DNA of 63,950 nt, filler included, from Circinaria calcarea (lineage: Eukaryota), in assembly GCA_051942165.1 (NCBI GenBank). It is 26 parts of 26 records of this genome, joined end to end, with 100 filler letters (N's around TTAATTAATTAA, not from the genome) between each part and the next. Parts side by side here need not be neighbours in the genome. Positions count along the whole stretch, not along the records: positions 24,728 to 27,093 come from JAVECS010003607.1; positions 27,194 to 29,558 come from JAVECS010003608.1; positions 29,659 to 32,021 come from JAVECS010003609.1; positions 32,122 to 34,483 come from JAVECS010003610.1; positions 34,584 to 36,944 come from JAVECS010003611.1; 21 more parts are not named here. The stretch is one strand, 5' to 3'. The notes under the pieces are model-generated. The model worked only from the letters and a program-made list of their open reading frames with translations. It had not been told where the DNA came from and did no database searches. Positions 24,628-36,264 of the stretch are shown here, in pieces (position 1 is the first letter of the stretch; every line of letters starts with the position of its first letter). The position numbers and the translations under genes were made by a program.

Positions 24628-25379
24628 NNNNNNNNNNNNNNNNNNNNNNNNNNNNNNNNNNNNNNNNNNNNTTAATTAATTAANNNNNNNNNNNNNNNNN
24701 NNNNNNNNNNNNNNNNNNNNNNNNNNNCCCCCCCGGGGTTTCTGCATACTGCATCCAAAACCTTTCCGCATACAGCAGTTCCACACACGCACTACAAGTA
24801 TACAAGTACTCCGTATATTGACTCCCTAAGCTGTCTCCCCCTCTCTCTGTTCAGCACTCAACACCAGAGACCCTAGAGACACCAGAGACACTCAACACTA
24901 GTGTTGAGCTCCGTAAATGATAATTGGTAAATAGTAAAGAAAGAGAAAAAGAAAAAGAAAAAGAAAAATCGGCCTCTTTCCTTCCTTTTGGGTGGGACTG
25001 TAGCCATATTTTTAATTGTAAAAAAATATATAGAAAAAACATCTCTTCCCCTTCCCCTTCCTGTCAGGCTCTACGATTAGGGGGTGGCAATACGTCGCTT
25101 AGATGGCGTCTTGGCGTATAGTGAAAACCTTTCACTCGCACACTTCATCTTCTGTAATGATTAGTTCTCGCACATACTGCGTATAGCCATCGTATTACTC
25201 GTGCCTCACATTACCACATACCTTAGCTTTAAGTACTTTTCAAGTAAAGTACTCTACGGCCTTACAATAGTATAAAGCTATAGTATAGCATAGAGCTACG
25301 TTTAGGGTTAGGTGGGCCTAAACGGCTTATTTAACCCTAACCGGCTGAAAGCAGCCCGGGCTATATATTATAAATATAA

Positions 25380-25660
25380 ATAATATAGGAATGAAATATA
25401 ATATAGAACGGAATATAGCATGGAACATAATATATAAAGAGCACGCAGTATAGTATAGAAAGAGCACGTAGTATAGCATAGCTGGCGGCATAGCATGGAA
25501 AGAGCACGTAGCATAGCATGGAGTATAGCATGGAGCATAGCATAGAGCATAGTATGGAGCATAGTATGGAGCATAGTATGGAAAGAGCATGGAGCATAGC
25601 ACGCAGCATAGCATAATATAGTAGGAAGCATAAAATAGCATAAGCTCAGCATAAAAGCTA
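25380..25660. repeat. degenerate GCATA/GTATA(G) short-unit tandem array in an AT-rich, RIP-like region
   Basis: Many gcatag, gtatgga and gagcat units; TpA-rich flanks. Confidence 0.75.
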
Positions 25661-26136
25661 ATACGCTACGCTGAATATAGTAAAATTTTTTCTTATTTGA
25701 GCGAGAAGCTAGGCTCAATTAAGCGAAAATTAGGCCCGATCGAGTAATAAGCTAAACCTAATAAGGTAATTTTTGCGGCCAGAGTGAGAACACCGCAAAA
25801 TTTTGGTTCGGTTCGGAAAATCTCGCGCCGAAAGTTAAACCCTTCCACTCATTCTTCATTTCAGGGCATCAGCTGGACCAAATCTTTCGCTTATCGAGGC
25901 CGTATGGGAGCCCGCTGTTAAATTACTTCCTTGAAAGTTACTATATATAGTAGTCAGAGAACTGGCATCATCTATATAGGCCTATCAGTAAACTTTAGAG
26001 TCGGAAAAATATTGCGAAGAGTCAGGAAATAAAATTGGTTGCCTTTGTCGTGATTGTGCGTCTTTGCTTTATGGCATAGCTACAACTCAAAAAACACGTA
26101 CGACTTCGAGCAGAAGATTTTGTAGCACTCAAAGCG

Positions 26137-27093
26137 ATGAATCCCCTACAGCGAAATACAATCCACACGGTCCTCATGCATGGAGATTTGAAGCCTGATT
26201 TGGTTGATGAATCTTTCATCAAGCGCCGTAATCAGGAATGGGACATCAAGCAGCCATCTTCACTGGCAGCACCAATTTCGCCACCCCTTAGGGCTCGTCG
26301 GATTATGAACCCAAGGATCACTGGCAAACATGAAACAACAGAGATAGAGAACTCTCCTAATTTAGCAGCTGTTGAAGCCGGTGAAGCCAAAATCTACGAT
26401 CATCTTGCTTACTTCTCCTTGCATCTTTCTCGTTCGAGTCGCTTTCCGATATCGTCTCCGCGTCTTTCTGTCCTGGAATTTCAGGATCTGTACAGACGCA
26501 ATCAGCATCCTAGTGGCCGCCATTTCGTTATCCATCAACATGATCATCCGGTGGCGGGGTTGCATTATGATTTGCGGTTGCAGATCAATGAGACTTCTTC
26601 GGCGAGCTGGGTATGTAGGGGCGAGCCATTTATCATCACAACAAGCTGAATTATTCCTATAGGCAATCATGTATGGCTTACCTGGAAATGTTGGAAGTAG
26701 GAGACTGAATAGGAATGCTACGGAGACGAGGGTACATAACCTGTGGGTAAGTTTAGTTGTATCATTTTCTACTTAAGGACTTAACTCAATGCTACTGTAC
26801 TCTACATCCCATCGAGCAGATTAGAAAAACTTATACATGAAGAGTTAAATGCTCAAGCTACCACCTATATTGAGTGTGGAAAGAGGCACCCCAAACCCGT
26901 GGCTAAGATCTTCTCGCAGAATCACCTTATAGAAACTGCCTCACTTCCTACGGGTAGCCTCCTTATCTGGGATACTGGAGAGTTTTCTGTCTTACCCTAC
27001 CGAAAACCCAGAGACGAGACCGATGACGAGCTATCGAGTGATTCAGACTCGGCCCTGAAGGATGGGAAGCCGCCATTATCAGAACCCCAGAAG
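26137..27093 (+). CDS. LigD-type 3'-phosphoesterase (PE) domain protein (3' partial; introns 26611-26662 and 26747-26919)
   Basis: RHFVIHQHDHPVAGLHYDLRLQ...SW|AIMYGLP...ATETRVHNLW|NHLIE...GSLLIWDTG reproduces the H...HYDxR, SW, H and WDxG motifs of the LigD PE domain. Confidence 0.85.
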
Positions 27094-27193
27094 NNNNNNN
27101 NNNNNNNNNNNNNNNNNNNNNNNNNNNNNNNNNNNNNTTAATTAATTAANNNNNNNNNNNNNNNNNNNNNNNNNNNNNNNNNNNNNNNNNNNN

Positions 27194-27731
27194 AATTCAT
27201 CAGCTAGGGACGCTCGGAGGTGGCCTTTACAACACAGTAGGTGGCCTAGCAAGCGGTGTGGGAGATACCGCGAAAGCCGGTGCCGCGCCATTCCAAGGCC
27301 AATCCGGTGGCGGAAGCCTGGATGATGCTACAAGTAGCTTGAACTCGATAGCAAAGGAGTCGAGCGACGCAGCTAAAGATACCACAAAGGATGTAAGCGG
27401 AGCAGCAAAAGACACAGCAAAGGGGGCGAGTGAGTCAGCCAAGAAAACAACAAAGGATTCAAGCGGAACAGCAAAAGATACAGCAAAGGGTGCAACTGGA
27501 TCAGCAAAAGATACTGCAAAGGATACGAGTCAATCAGTCAAGAAATCAAGCCAGGAGGTAAGTGGATCAGCTCCAGATACAAAGGAAGACCCGAGTAGGT
27601 CAATGGGCAAGCCAAAGTCTAAGGCTAGCAGTGAAAACACCGACACGCTTCAAGGTCCAACGATAAACCTGGAAGACAAAACCAAGGATGCGACCGAAGG
27701 CCTCCAAGGTTTATCGGGTAAGGACGAATAA
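27194..27731 (+). CDS. LEA/hydrophilin-like protein with 11-residue repeats, C-terminal part
   Basis: Repeats of AKDTAKG/AKDTTKD with 11-aa periodicity; rich in Ala, Lys, Thr, Ser and Asp. Confidence 0.6.
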
Positions 27732-29093
27732 GAATACAACGATTTGAGATTGGGCCTCCGTAGGGCAAGACGAAATCCGCCTCTTGGAGCAAGGATGTAT
27801 GAGGACTGAGTGATTGTACTTTGATACTGTCCGTCATTGGGATTCTGAACATATATTTGGATAGTTACACATCAACGATTGCGCCCGTCCTTTTATTCGA
27901 GGCAAACCTACTGCTCACTCTAACAGCACCAAAGCACTTGCCTGTACCACCGTTCTGCGGCGATTCTCATCGTCAGAAGTTCCTCATCCGGCTTGTTCAT
28001 CCATGGGTGACCCTGTCCTCTCCTCTGGCTTGAAGTTGTATACCCTTCATCACCCTTCGGCCGTCCTTGCCAATTCCTCGCTCGCACTCCAACACAATCT
28101 CCTACCTTGAAAAGGGTAGTATAGAAATCCTCCACACCCTGCTCCCAACGTCGACTCGGTACGTGTATTCTACCATTTAACCTACCGTACATCCTGCGGC
28201 TCATGCGTGCTGTTTGCCGATCATAGTTCCAAGGCAAGGGTAAGCACTGTTGTGTTCGGTTCTTGTACAGTATGCAATGTGTGAATTGAGTTGCGCGAGG
28301 AAAAGAATGCCTGACAGCTCGGCTAAGGTGCCAGATGTACTAATCTCAGTTTTGCCAAGAGATCGGTCCCGAATGAATGACCGAAACCTCCTGATGATAG
28401 ACGCTACACGCGGTGAGCCCATATTCCCTTGAAACCTGTGATTTGACATTTGGGTGTGTTACAATCCGCATCAGCCATGGGGTTTTTTCCGGAACCGGCG
28501 GAACCGGAATCCGTGGACAGAAGAGTGGGCCTAACTCCGGATGCAGAGGATGATGCCGATTTAGCCGGAAGCGTCTCTCGGGAAGGGTGGCGTTGATCAC
28601 TAATCCAGCCGTACCGAGTACCGAGCACCGAGTACTGTACCTGTACCTAGTGCCCGAGGATTCTCGTCTGTGGAAAGGGCTATCATTGGTCAAATAGCAT
28701 TATAAGCCGTGAGATGGACGCGGCAGTCGGGCGCCGCTGCTTTATAATTATGCCGGTCGGCCAATTGGCGGCCTTCGGCTTTCGCGTTTACGAGATTGCT
28801 GATCCCCGTTCCCACGTGGCCTTCGTCATTTCAGGGCCGCGAGCGATATCGTGGGGGCCTGTCATCTTAGGAAGCTGAGCTCGAGGGACGTTGTCATAGA
28901 ATCTTTTGCGGCCTTTGCGGGTCCCTCTAACTCCGAATCGTGTCGCTGTGCGCATCATATAACGTCGGAGAAGCCATGTCTTTCTTAACCTCTTCCAAAT
29001 CATATACAGATCTATATATTCCATCCATTGTCCCTTGCACTTCTCAACGGGCTTCTCTACCAGTTAAAATCATATTCACTATACAACCTGCTA

Positions 29094-29558
29094 ATGAAAG
29101 ACTCTCGCGAATCTTCGAGGACCCGCTTCGGCCCGTCACGGGATATCTCTCCCAATCGACACGGCTCGGGAAGTACAGTTGGCCATCAACAAGGAACCGC
29201 CAAGGACCAGTCTGACGTGGAAAAACTTTCCACCGCTCATACTCCACACCCGCAAACCGACTCGAACCTCATTGGCGACGATGATAGCGTCCTTCGAGAT
29301 GTCGAGAAGGCAGAGGGGAAGCGGGAGCCCGAGAAGGAGAAGGAACGGAAAGACCCTAATGTAATAGAATGGGACGGACCGGATGATCCAGGGAATCCAA
29401 TGAACTGGTCGACGTCGAAGAAATATGTTGTCACCATGTCGCTGTCGCTGATGACTTTTGTGATTACGTTTGCGAGCAGTGTCTTCAGTACAGCGACACA
29501 AGTGACGGCAAGACTATATGGTGTTTCGCCAGAGGTTACCACACTGGGAACGTCGCTG
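29094..29558 (+). CDS. MFS transporter (DHA1 family), N-terminal part
   Basis: DPNVIEWDGPDDPGNPMNWSTSKK followed by TM1 (FVITFASSVFS) and EVTTLGTSL. Confidence 0.9.
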
Positions 29559-29658
29559 NNNNNNNNNNNNNNNNNNNNNNNNNNNNNNNNNNNNNNNNNN
29601 NNTTAATTAATTAANNNNNNNNNNNNNNNNNNNNNNNNNNNNNNNNNNNNNNNNNNNN

Positions 29659-30606
29659 GATCAGGTCCCAGATCTTACGGGGAAAGTGGCCGTCGTGACC
29701 GGCGGATCCGAGGGCATAGGCTATGGCTGCACCCATACTCTCCTTTCTCACAACATCCAAAAACTCTACATCCTCTCCCTCTCCAAGGATGTGGTCGACG
29801 GTGCAGTCAACTCACTCAAGGAAGAAATGGGAAACGAGGCCGCTCAGAAAGTCACTTGGCTCCAGTGTGATCTCTCGGATTGGAAGCAGACCAAGGAGGT
29901 GGCCAACAAGATCGCTAGCTCGACGGACCGTATCGATATTCTCATCAACAACGCCGGGAGAGGAATCATGACCGCTCAGCTTACCGATCAGGGTGTCGAC
30001 CGCCACATGGCATTGAACCACATGGGCCATGATGTCCTCACCAGTCATCTGCTACCTCTGCTGAAGAAAACCTCCGAGAAGGGAGACTTGGTTCGAATTG
30101 TCAATCTGTCGTCGAATGCGCATCAAAACGCCCCTTCCGATACCAGGTTCGAGTCTTTGGACGAAATCAACAAAGATGTCGGACCAAACGGACAGTATGG
30201 GCGTTCCAAGCTCGCAGGGCTCCTGTATGCACGATATCTCGCCAAGCACCTCACCCCCCAATATCCCAACCTCTTGGCGAATGCCACCCATCCTGGACTT
30301 GTCGACACCAAGCAGTCGAACTTTGACATTCACGAGCCATACCCTTTGGCTGGGTATGCCGTATCTGTGGGCATGAAACCCTTCAAGAAGGATCAATTCG
30401 AAGGATGCGTGAGCACCATGTATGCTGCCACCAAGACGACCAAGAGCGGAGAATACATCTGCCCTCCGGCTGTGCCGGAGCCTGGCAGCGCATTGGCTCA
30501 GGACTCGGAATTGGCCGAGAGACTGATGAAGTTGACGCGAGAGGTTGTCAAGGAAAAGACGTACGAGGATTCTGCTGCAAAGGGATGCCCATTCAAGGAT
30601 TATTAG
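29659..30606 (+). CDS. short-chain dehydrogenase/reductase (retinol dehydrogenase-like), 5' partial
   Basis: AVVTGGSEGIG, CDLS, ILINNAG, RIVNLSS, YGRSK (YxxxK), HPGLVDT. Confidence 0.93.
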   Translation, partial: DQVPDLTGKVAVVTGGSEGIGYGCTHTLLSHNIQKLYILSLSKDVVDGAVNSLKEEMGNEAAQKVTWLQCDLSDWKQTKEVANKIASSTDRIDILINNAGRGIMTAQLTDQGVDRHMALNHMGHDVLTSHLLPLLKKTSEKGDLVRIVNLSSNAHQNAPSDTRFESLDEINKDVGPNGQYGRSKLAGLLYARYLAKHLTPQYPNLLANATHPGLVDTKQSNFDIHEPYPLAGYAVSVGMKPFKKDQFEGCVSTMYAATKTTKSGEYICPPAVPEPGSALAQDSELAERLMKLTREVVKEKTYEDSAAKGCPFKDY

Positions 30607-31884
30607 AAGCCGCGGGTTATAGTCGCATGGGGGACCAGAGCGTTTGAAATTGTACGACCAGAGCTTGCGGAGGTCCCCGGAGTGGGGGGGGGGGGGTTGC
30701 AACCTACCTTACCCACAGGGCTGCAACATACTCCCTGGACAGGATGCTGGCACTCGGGCCTGTACAATCATGGGCGGGCTCCTAGACGATTGCGTCAACG
30801 GTTCAAAGTTTCCATTCATGTGTGTTGAGTTGACAAATGTACGGGTTAACCGGCCATGCGCGATATACTTATTCCGTAATGATAAAACATCTTTGCGTGG
30901 TGGCCACACGACCATCAGCTGACCGCATTTTCCTCCGCCTTCGCCACGAATAATCGATTCCACCGCCGTTCTCTAATAGGCCGTCGGTAGATGGTTGCTT
31001 GTCCGAATGGGAGAAAAGTAGATTGCGGCCAATAGAAGGCGATCCAACGTAGGGACAGTGTGTCAGATAGCCAAACTCGCAGTCGATGAATGAAACCTTA
31101 GCTCCTTTCCTGTTTGGAGGAGGCCACCCCTTCGGAGAGGCTGGCCATCCCCCCAAGTAAGACTGGCGGAGGTTCGCTTATTCATTATCGTTCTTTCATT
31201 TTTTCCAGTCCCCCGATCCACGAGTCACTCCATCTCCACATCCTCTTCTGTTCTTGTCGATATGAGGATCAAAGAGTAAGAGTACACCTTTTCCCGGATT
31301 ATAGCTCATAAGTACCCCCAAAAACCTCCCATCCCGTGCCGACCATACTCGACGACCGGAAAGCCTTAGGGGGCTTGGACGCTAGTGGCTAAGCGTGGTC
31401 TCCACCCGAGTTAAATTACTGGACTCCGTACCAACCACCGCGAGCATCACCGGCGAGTGAACCCTTCACCACAAGTCCACCGACAGATCAAGTCTTTGTC
31501 GAGGAAGCTTGAGGTCAAAAGTAGCGGAGCAGAAGGGTACGACGGTGGGAACGATTCGGTCAAGTCGTAGGTGAGTAATTGCGACGGCTGTTTACCAGGG
31601 CCAATGCGCCCACGCCCGTTTCACACTTTTCTTCCCACCACTGCTCCATCACCATTACTACCGGCCGAAAGGTCTGTCTTCACAGCAGGCTGCGTGACTG
31701 TATCGACATTTACCGTCCGCTTTCTTACTATGCAGGCTTGACATACACTCTGCTCGCTTTTCCACTCACCATTACAAATCCTTGCTTCTCAGCTCGCTAC
31801 GTGAAAACCCAAGCTGACATCTACCCACTTCGCCATAGTTTTACTGACAACACAACCCAAGAATACATATAAACAGGCACCAAG

Positions 31885-32002
31885 ATGGGTTGTGGCATGA
31901 GCACCCAGGAGAAGGAGGGGAAACAGAGAAATGAAGAAATCGAGAATCAGCTCAAACGTGATAAAATGCAGCAACGGAACGAGATAAAAATGTTGCTTCT
32001 AG
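31885..32002 (+). CDS. GPA1: heterotrimeric G-protein alpha subunit, group I (FadA/GNA-1 type), first exon
   Basis: MGCGMSTQEKEGKQRNEEIENQLKRDKMQQRNEIKMLLLG followed by a GT donor; N-terminal MGC lipidation motif. Confidence 0.95.
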
Positions 32003-33369
32003 GTGCGCCAACCTCCTACGCNNNNNNNNNNNNNNNNNNNNNNNNNNNNNNNNNNNNNNNNNNNNTTAATTAATTAANNNNNNNNNNNNNNNNNNNNNNN
32101 NNNNNNNNNNNNNNNNNNNNNCTACTATAGAATGCTGGCAGCTCGCCAATCCATTCCAGACTACCGACCAAGTAGGAGTACCTGGCACCTCCCAGCTGCC
32201 TCTTGGGAACATTACGGATATGAGTTACACCGTGATCCCGCCCAGCTATTTCCCTCCCCGACATCCTGCACCAATAGTTCAGTAAGTGTGCTTTTCTCAA
32301 GTTCTCCTCTCTCCCGTCTTCCAAAACCCTGAAAAGTCCATTCTCCTGAACGGACTATAATGATCTAAGAGAGACCCAACCTAATACCTACCCTTTCCCA
32401 ATCTAGGTACGGTCTCTTCCTCTCCGGCCTCGCTCATATCTCACTTCCCTACGGGAAAAACGAAGCTTATGTCGGGGGTACCAAAAATTCGTTGGTCATT
32501 GCCACGGATGTGGCAGCCGTCAGCAGAGAGGGGCATATCACCGTTTATCCCAGCAACGAGGAAACAATATTGCTGCAGTTCCCCATCAATGATGGAGCCA
32601 TTCCGCCACATATAGTGCTGCACGACGGCGCTTGCACGGTTGAGGAGCTTATATAGAGGAAAGGGGTGGGTGAGGAAAGTGTGCACGCAGCCGGATCAGA
32701 GGGATAGCCTGACTTTTTTTCAAGTGTCCTGAAAAACCTAAACGGCAGGGAGTAGCTTCAGGTAGATTGGATATATTGGACGGTACAGCGCTGCAAGTAG
32801 TCCCAACATTCCAGTCCAGACTACCAAGAAGTATATAAATATAGTGTAGTGAACGGATATACTATATATTTGATGCCTCCTCTTGCTAATTATAATGCCT
32901 ATAACACGTGTTGTATTTTGCCGCCCCTGCGTAGTGCTGTATTCCTCCGTTCTTCCCTTAGTACCTTCATAGATCCGTCTCTTGTTATTCGTAGGCCTCT
33001 TCTAGGTAGGTTGTATCGGAGTAGGAAGGGAGGTCGAGGGAGTAGACGTATTTCATAGAGAACAGACGTAAATAAGCTATTTCATAAGAGCTCGGGAATA
33101 ATTACTGCGCTAACAATGGTATTCTAATATCATGAGCTCTTTGGTGTGGTGTTTTGATGATTACACAACATGACGCCAGATTAAGCTTTACTTTAAAGTT
33201 TAAAACCAGCCGGGGGATTGAAACGCCGAAATCTTCCTAGTACTTTCCCTGTATCTAGAATTAGTGCCTGGACTGCGGTTCCAGACTGGTAGTTCAGTCC
33301 AGTCCAGCTACCCTAGACTGTGGATTATTAGGGAGGACTGTCAGTCCAGGCCAGTCCGGACTACCAGAC

Positions 33370-33420
33370 TATAGTGAATCTTGGCTATAACGAGTCGGGT
33401 TACAACGAGAATTTGGGTTT
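33370..33420 (+). mobile_element. possible pogo/Tc1-mariner terminal inverted repeat (RIP-mutated)
   Basis: TATAGTGAATCTTGGCTATAACGAG...TACAACGAG...TTAACGAG resembles TA-CAGTG...TATAACGA termini with repeated AACGAG sub-motifs. Confidence 0.4.
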
Positions 33421-33793
33421 AACGAGGTTCTTCTTAGAACCTTACGTTTTTATCCTTTAAACCGTTGCTCAGGCATACCATCACGTGCACGTTATACTAG
33501 TAGGGGGGGGGTCCAGGGGTGGTTAGCGTGCATTTCACCGCAAATATATACGGCCTTTATTTAATAATTGAAGCTATTTAAAATGCTGCTTTTGTGTTGT
33601 ATATTATATTGCTTTAATTTATATAATAATTAGAAATATCGACGAATAAAAGGTTCTTAATATAAACGACGTACTATTAAAAAGAAATAAGAAGAAAAGG
33701 ATTTTCGAAGATTTTTTGGGCAACGTGTCTCCTCTTATAAGGCCGTAGAATACTTTATTTATAAAGTATCTAAAGCTAAGATATGTAGTAATG

Positions 33794-34146
33794 TGTAAGG
33801 GCGCTGCAATCCTTGAGGCCTAATGAGGAATATGTTAAGTCTCGATTGGTGATAGCACGGTTACATAGGGTGTAGTTGAACTGTTGCCCTAGGCTCAATA
33901 GTACAGAGTCTATTGAACACGGTCTATAAGCATGCTATTCTAAAGAGCGGGAATAGCCTGCTATATATAATGGTTGAGCATTACGAGCACCCCGAGCACT
34001 CCTGTGCTCCCAGTGCTCCCACTGCTCACCCCCGGAGCGTACTGAGCATGGTGAGCATGCCCGTGCTCCCAATGCTCCCAGTGCTCCCTCGCATCCTAAT
34101 GCGTCCTAGCGCTATTAGGTGCCTAGTATGGCGTAGCGCCATAACA
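33794..34146 (-). mobile_element. LTR of retrotransposon family A
   Basis: TGTAAGGGCGCTGC...GCCATAACA. The first ~180 nt are the reverse complement of 35884-36061. Confidence 0.88.
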
Positions 34147-34344
34147 CTAAACCTTAATTTTTTAATTTATTAAGAATACAGGCTGCTAGAGAGCATCAGG
34201 CGGTTAAAAAAAAAATTAATTAAAAAATAAATAATTGAGGATCGGAAGGCTCAGGCTATTATTAAGAAAAAATAAAAAGAGGAGGATAAAGAAAAAAAGG
34301 CAATAGCTCTGGCTGAGAGACGGCGAATTATAGAAGAAATAAAA
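34147..34344 (+). pseudogene. RIP-degraded pogo/Fot1-like transposase C-terminal remnant
   Basis: Stop-ridden Lys/Glu-rich reading (..IQAAREHQA..IEDRKAQA..KEEDKEKKAIALAERR) between two LTRs. Confidence 0.45.
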
Positions 34345-34483
34345 TGTTATGGCGTGCCCGCCATGACATGCGCTAGACCGGGTCGGGAAGGACCGCGGGC
34401 CGGAGGAACCTACACCACCGAGGTGCTCAGTGTGCTCATGGTGCTCAGGGAGATGAGCAGAGTGAGCAGGGTGAGCGGGGTGC
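34345..34483 (+). mobile_element. LTR family A, 5' part (cut by contig end)
   Basis: TGTTATGGCGTGCCCGCCATGACATGCGCTAGACC nearly matches the start of the 35698 copy; followed by GTGCTCA/GAGCA 9-mer array. Confidence 0.85.
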
Positions 34484-34585
34484 NNNNNNNNNNNNNNNNN
34501 NNNNNNNNNNNNNNNNNNNNNNNNNNNTTAATTAATTAANNNNNNNNNNNNNNNNNNNNNNNNNNNNNNNNNNNNNNNNNNNNAG

Positions 34586-34951
34586 GAAGACCTAGACCGA
34601 TACGCCCGGAGTTGCTTCCAATGGAGGCACTACGTCGTCGACGAATATTCTGATTACCTCCTGGATAGCAATCGGTACGGCCCGCAGGCGCGAGGGGACT
34701 ACGACTACACTGTTGAAGCGTGGACCTGCGACGAATGCGAGAGGGAATTCGACGATGAGGCCTCGCTGGATAAACATCTCTCCTCCCCCACCCATCATCC
34801 CCTGGTCTACAAGTGTCCCGAGTGCGATGCTCGCTTTGCCGTGCTTAGTGCATTGGTGCAGCATGTCGAAAGTGATGCCTGCGGGGAGGGAGTCTATGAG
34901 GGTACGGGAAGTATTGGGAAGATGCTGAGGTATCTTTGGCGGTGCACTTAG
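34586..34951 (+). CDS. C2H2 zinc-finger protein, C-terminal part (not in the ORF track)
   Basis: Open frame from the contig start: WTCDECEREFDDEASLDKHLSSPTH...YKCPECDARFAVLSALVQHVESDACG...RCT*. Confidence 0.85.
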   Translation, partial: EDLDRYARSCFQWRHYVVDEYSDYLLDSNRYGPQARGDYDYTVEAWTCDECEREFDDEASLDKHLSSPTHHPLVYKCPECDARFAVLSALVQHVESDACGEGVYEGTGSIGKMLRYLWRCT

Positions 34952-35611
34952 GTGGAGGGGAAGGGTCTAGCTGAATTGCTCCTGCTTTTCGAATCTCCCA
35001 CTTTGTGATGCTAACCCGAAAACATACCTACTGTATCTGTAAGGCCAATGCATCTGACGATATATAAACTCCAAGAATAAGTAAAATATATCACAAATAG
35101 GTGCCCTCGATCACATTAGTTCCACCCTATACTCCCGCACGACAGGATTATGTCTACTTTGGTTACTAGAAGCATTCCCGTGCAGTACACAGCTTTTCAC
35201 CTTTCTTTGCTCTTTAGCTCTCCATATGCCCACGGGAACGGAATCAAAACCACCCCTTCCAAACCTCCAATCGAATAAAACACACCGGAACACACCGAAA
35301 CACCCCCCTCCTGTGTCCCGGAGGGCTACCTCAATCGGGCGAATTAAATCCTCGTGACCTTTGCTGCCCCTATGTCGGAAGTGCCCTGAAACCAAAGGAA
35401 CGGTGTTGAATAGTAGTAGATGACGCGTTTCAGGGCATTGCGCGCTGGCGCGCGTTACAAGTTTCGTAATGCCGAATTCCCAATTTTTGTTTTTTCCCTG
35501 CCATAATTCATCCTATGGTACCAGATATCCCTGAGCTATGCCGCATCCGGCCCAATGCCGCATTTTCCCCGCATTCCACCCACTATTTTAAAAAATCATT
35601 ACTCTACTAAT

Positions 35612-36235
35612 ATGGCCTCAATTGATTCAGCTCTTGTAGATCTAAACGCTTAAATACACCCGAATATACGGGCTACCGCCAGAAAATACGACCTGGTTGT
35701 TATGGCGTTCCCGCCATGACATGCACTAGACCTGATTGGGACTAGGGCACGGGACGGAAGAACCCCTGGGACGGGATGCTCAGTGTGCTCAGTGTGCTCA
35801 TGGAGGTGAGCAGGGTGAGCAAGGTGAGCACAGAGCTCGGTATGCTCAGTATGCTCATGGAGGTGAGCAGGGTGAGCAGGGGATTATATATAGCAGGCTA
35901 TTCCCGCTCTTTAAAATAGCATGCTTATAGACCGTGTTCAATATTACACCTTGATATTGAGCCTAGGGCAACAGTTCAACTACACCCTATGTAACCGTGC
36001 TATTACCAATCGGGACTTATCATATTCCTCAATAGGCCCCAAGGATTGCAGCGCCCTTACACTGGTCGAAAACACCCTAAAAAATACTAAAAAGGTCAAA
36101 CCATATCTCGCCAAGACGCCGCCTCCGAATACATTCAATAATTTATTAACAGTTAAGAAAAGGTATTAATAAGCCAAATCAATCGCCTAATCGACCGAGG
36201 AATACCTCCAATTAGCAAGATGATATAGAATCTTG
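35612..36235 (+). pseudogene. RIP-degraded pogo/Fot1 transposase N-terminus (HTH), interrupted by a solo LTR
   Basis: MASIDSALVDLNA*IHPNIRATARKYDLV-[LTR]-E..TL...KGQTISRQDAASEY...EKVLISQINRL.DRGIPP; stops arise at CAA/CAG-type codons. Confidence 0.75.
35698..36061 (+). mobile_element. solo LTR, family A, with 5-bp target-site duplication CTGGT
   Basis: TGTTATGGCG...CCCTTACA (TG...CA) flanked by CTGGT at 35693-35697 and 36062-36066; internal TATATATA. Confidence 0.93.
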
Positions 36236-36264
36236 TGTAATAACGCCACCGGCCGTAACCAGTA

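Noticed and set aside
25301..25345. TTAGGGTTAGG...TAACCCTAACC telomere-like motifs
   Set aside because: Only 1-2 units, internal and inverted; more likely a RIP-mutated transposon end than a telomere.
25327..25718. Three overlapping ORFs with YAP/MLH/LCS repeats (possible repeat-peptide precursor)
   Set aside because: All three frames are open only because of a short tandem repeat; no signal peptide or KR cleavage sites.
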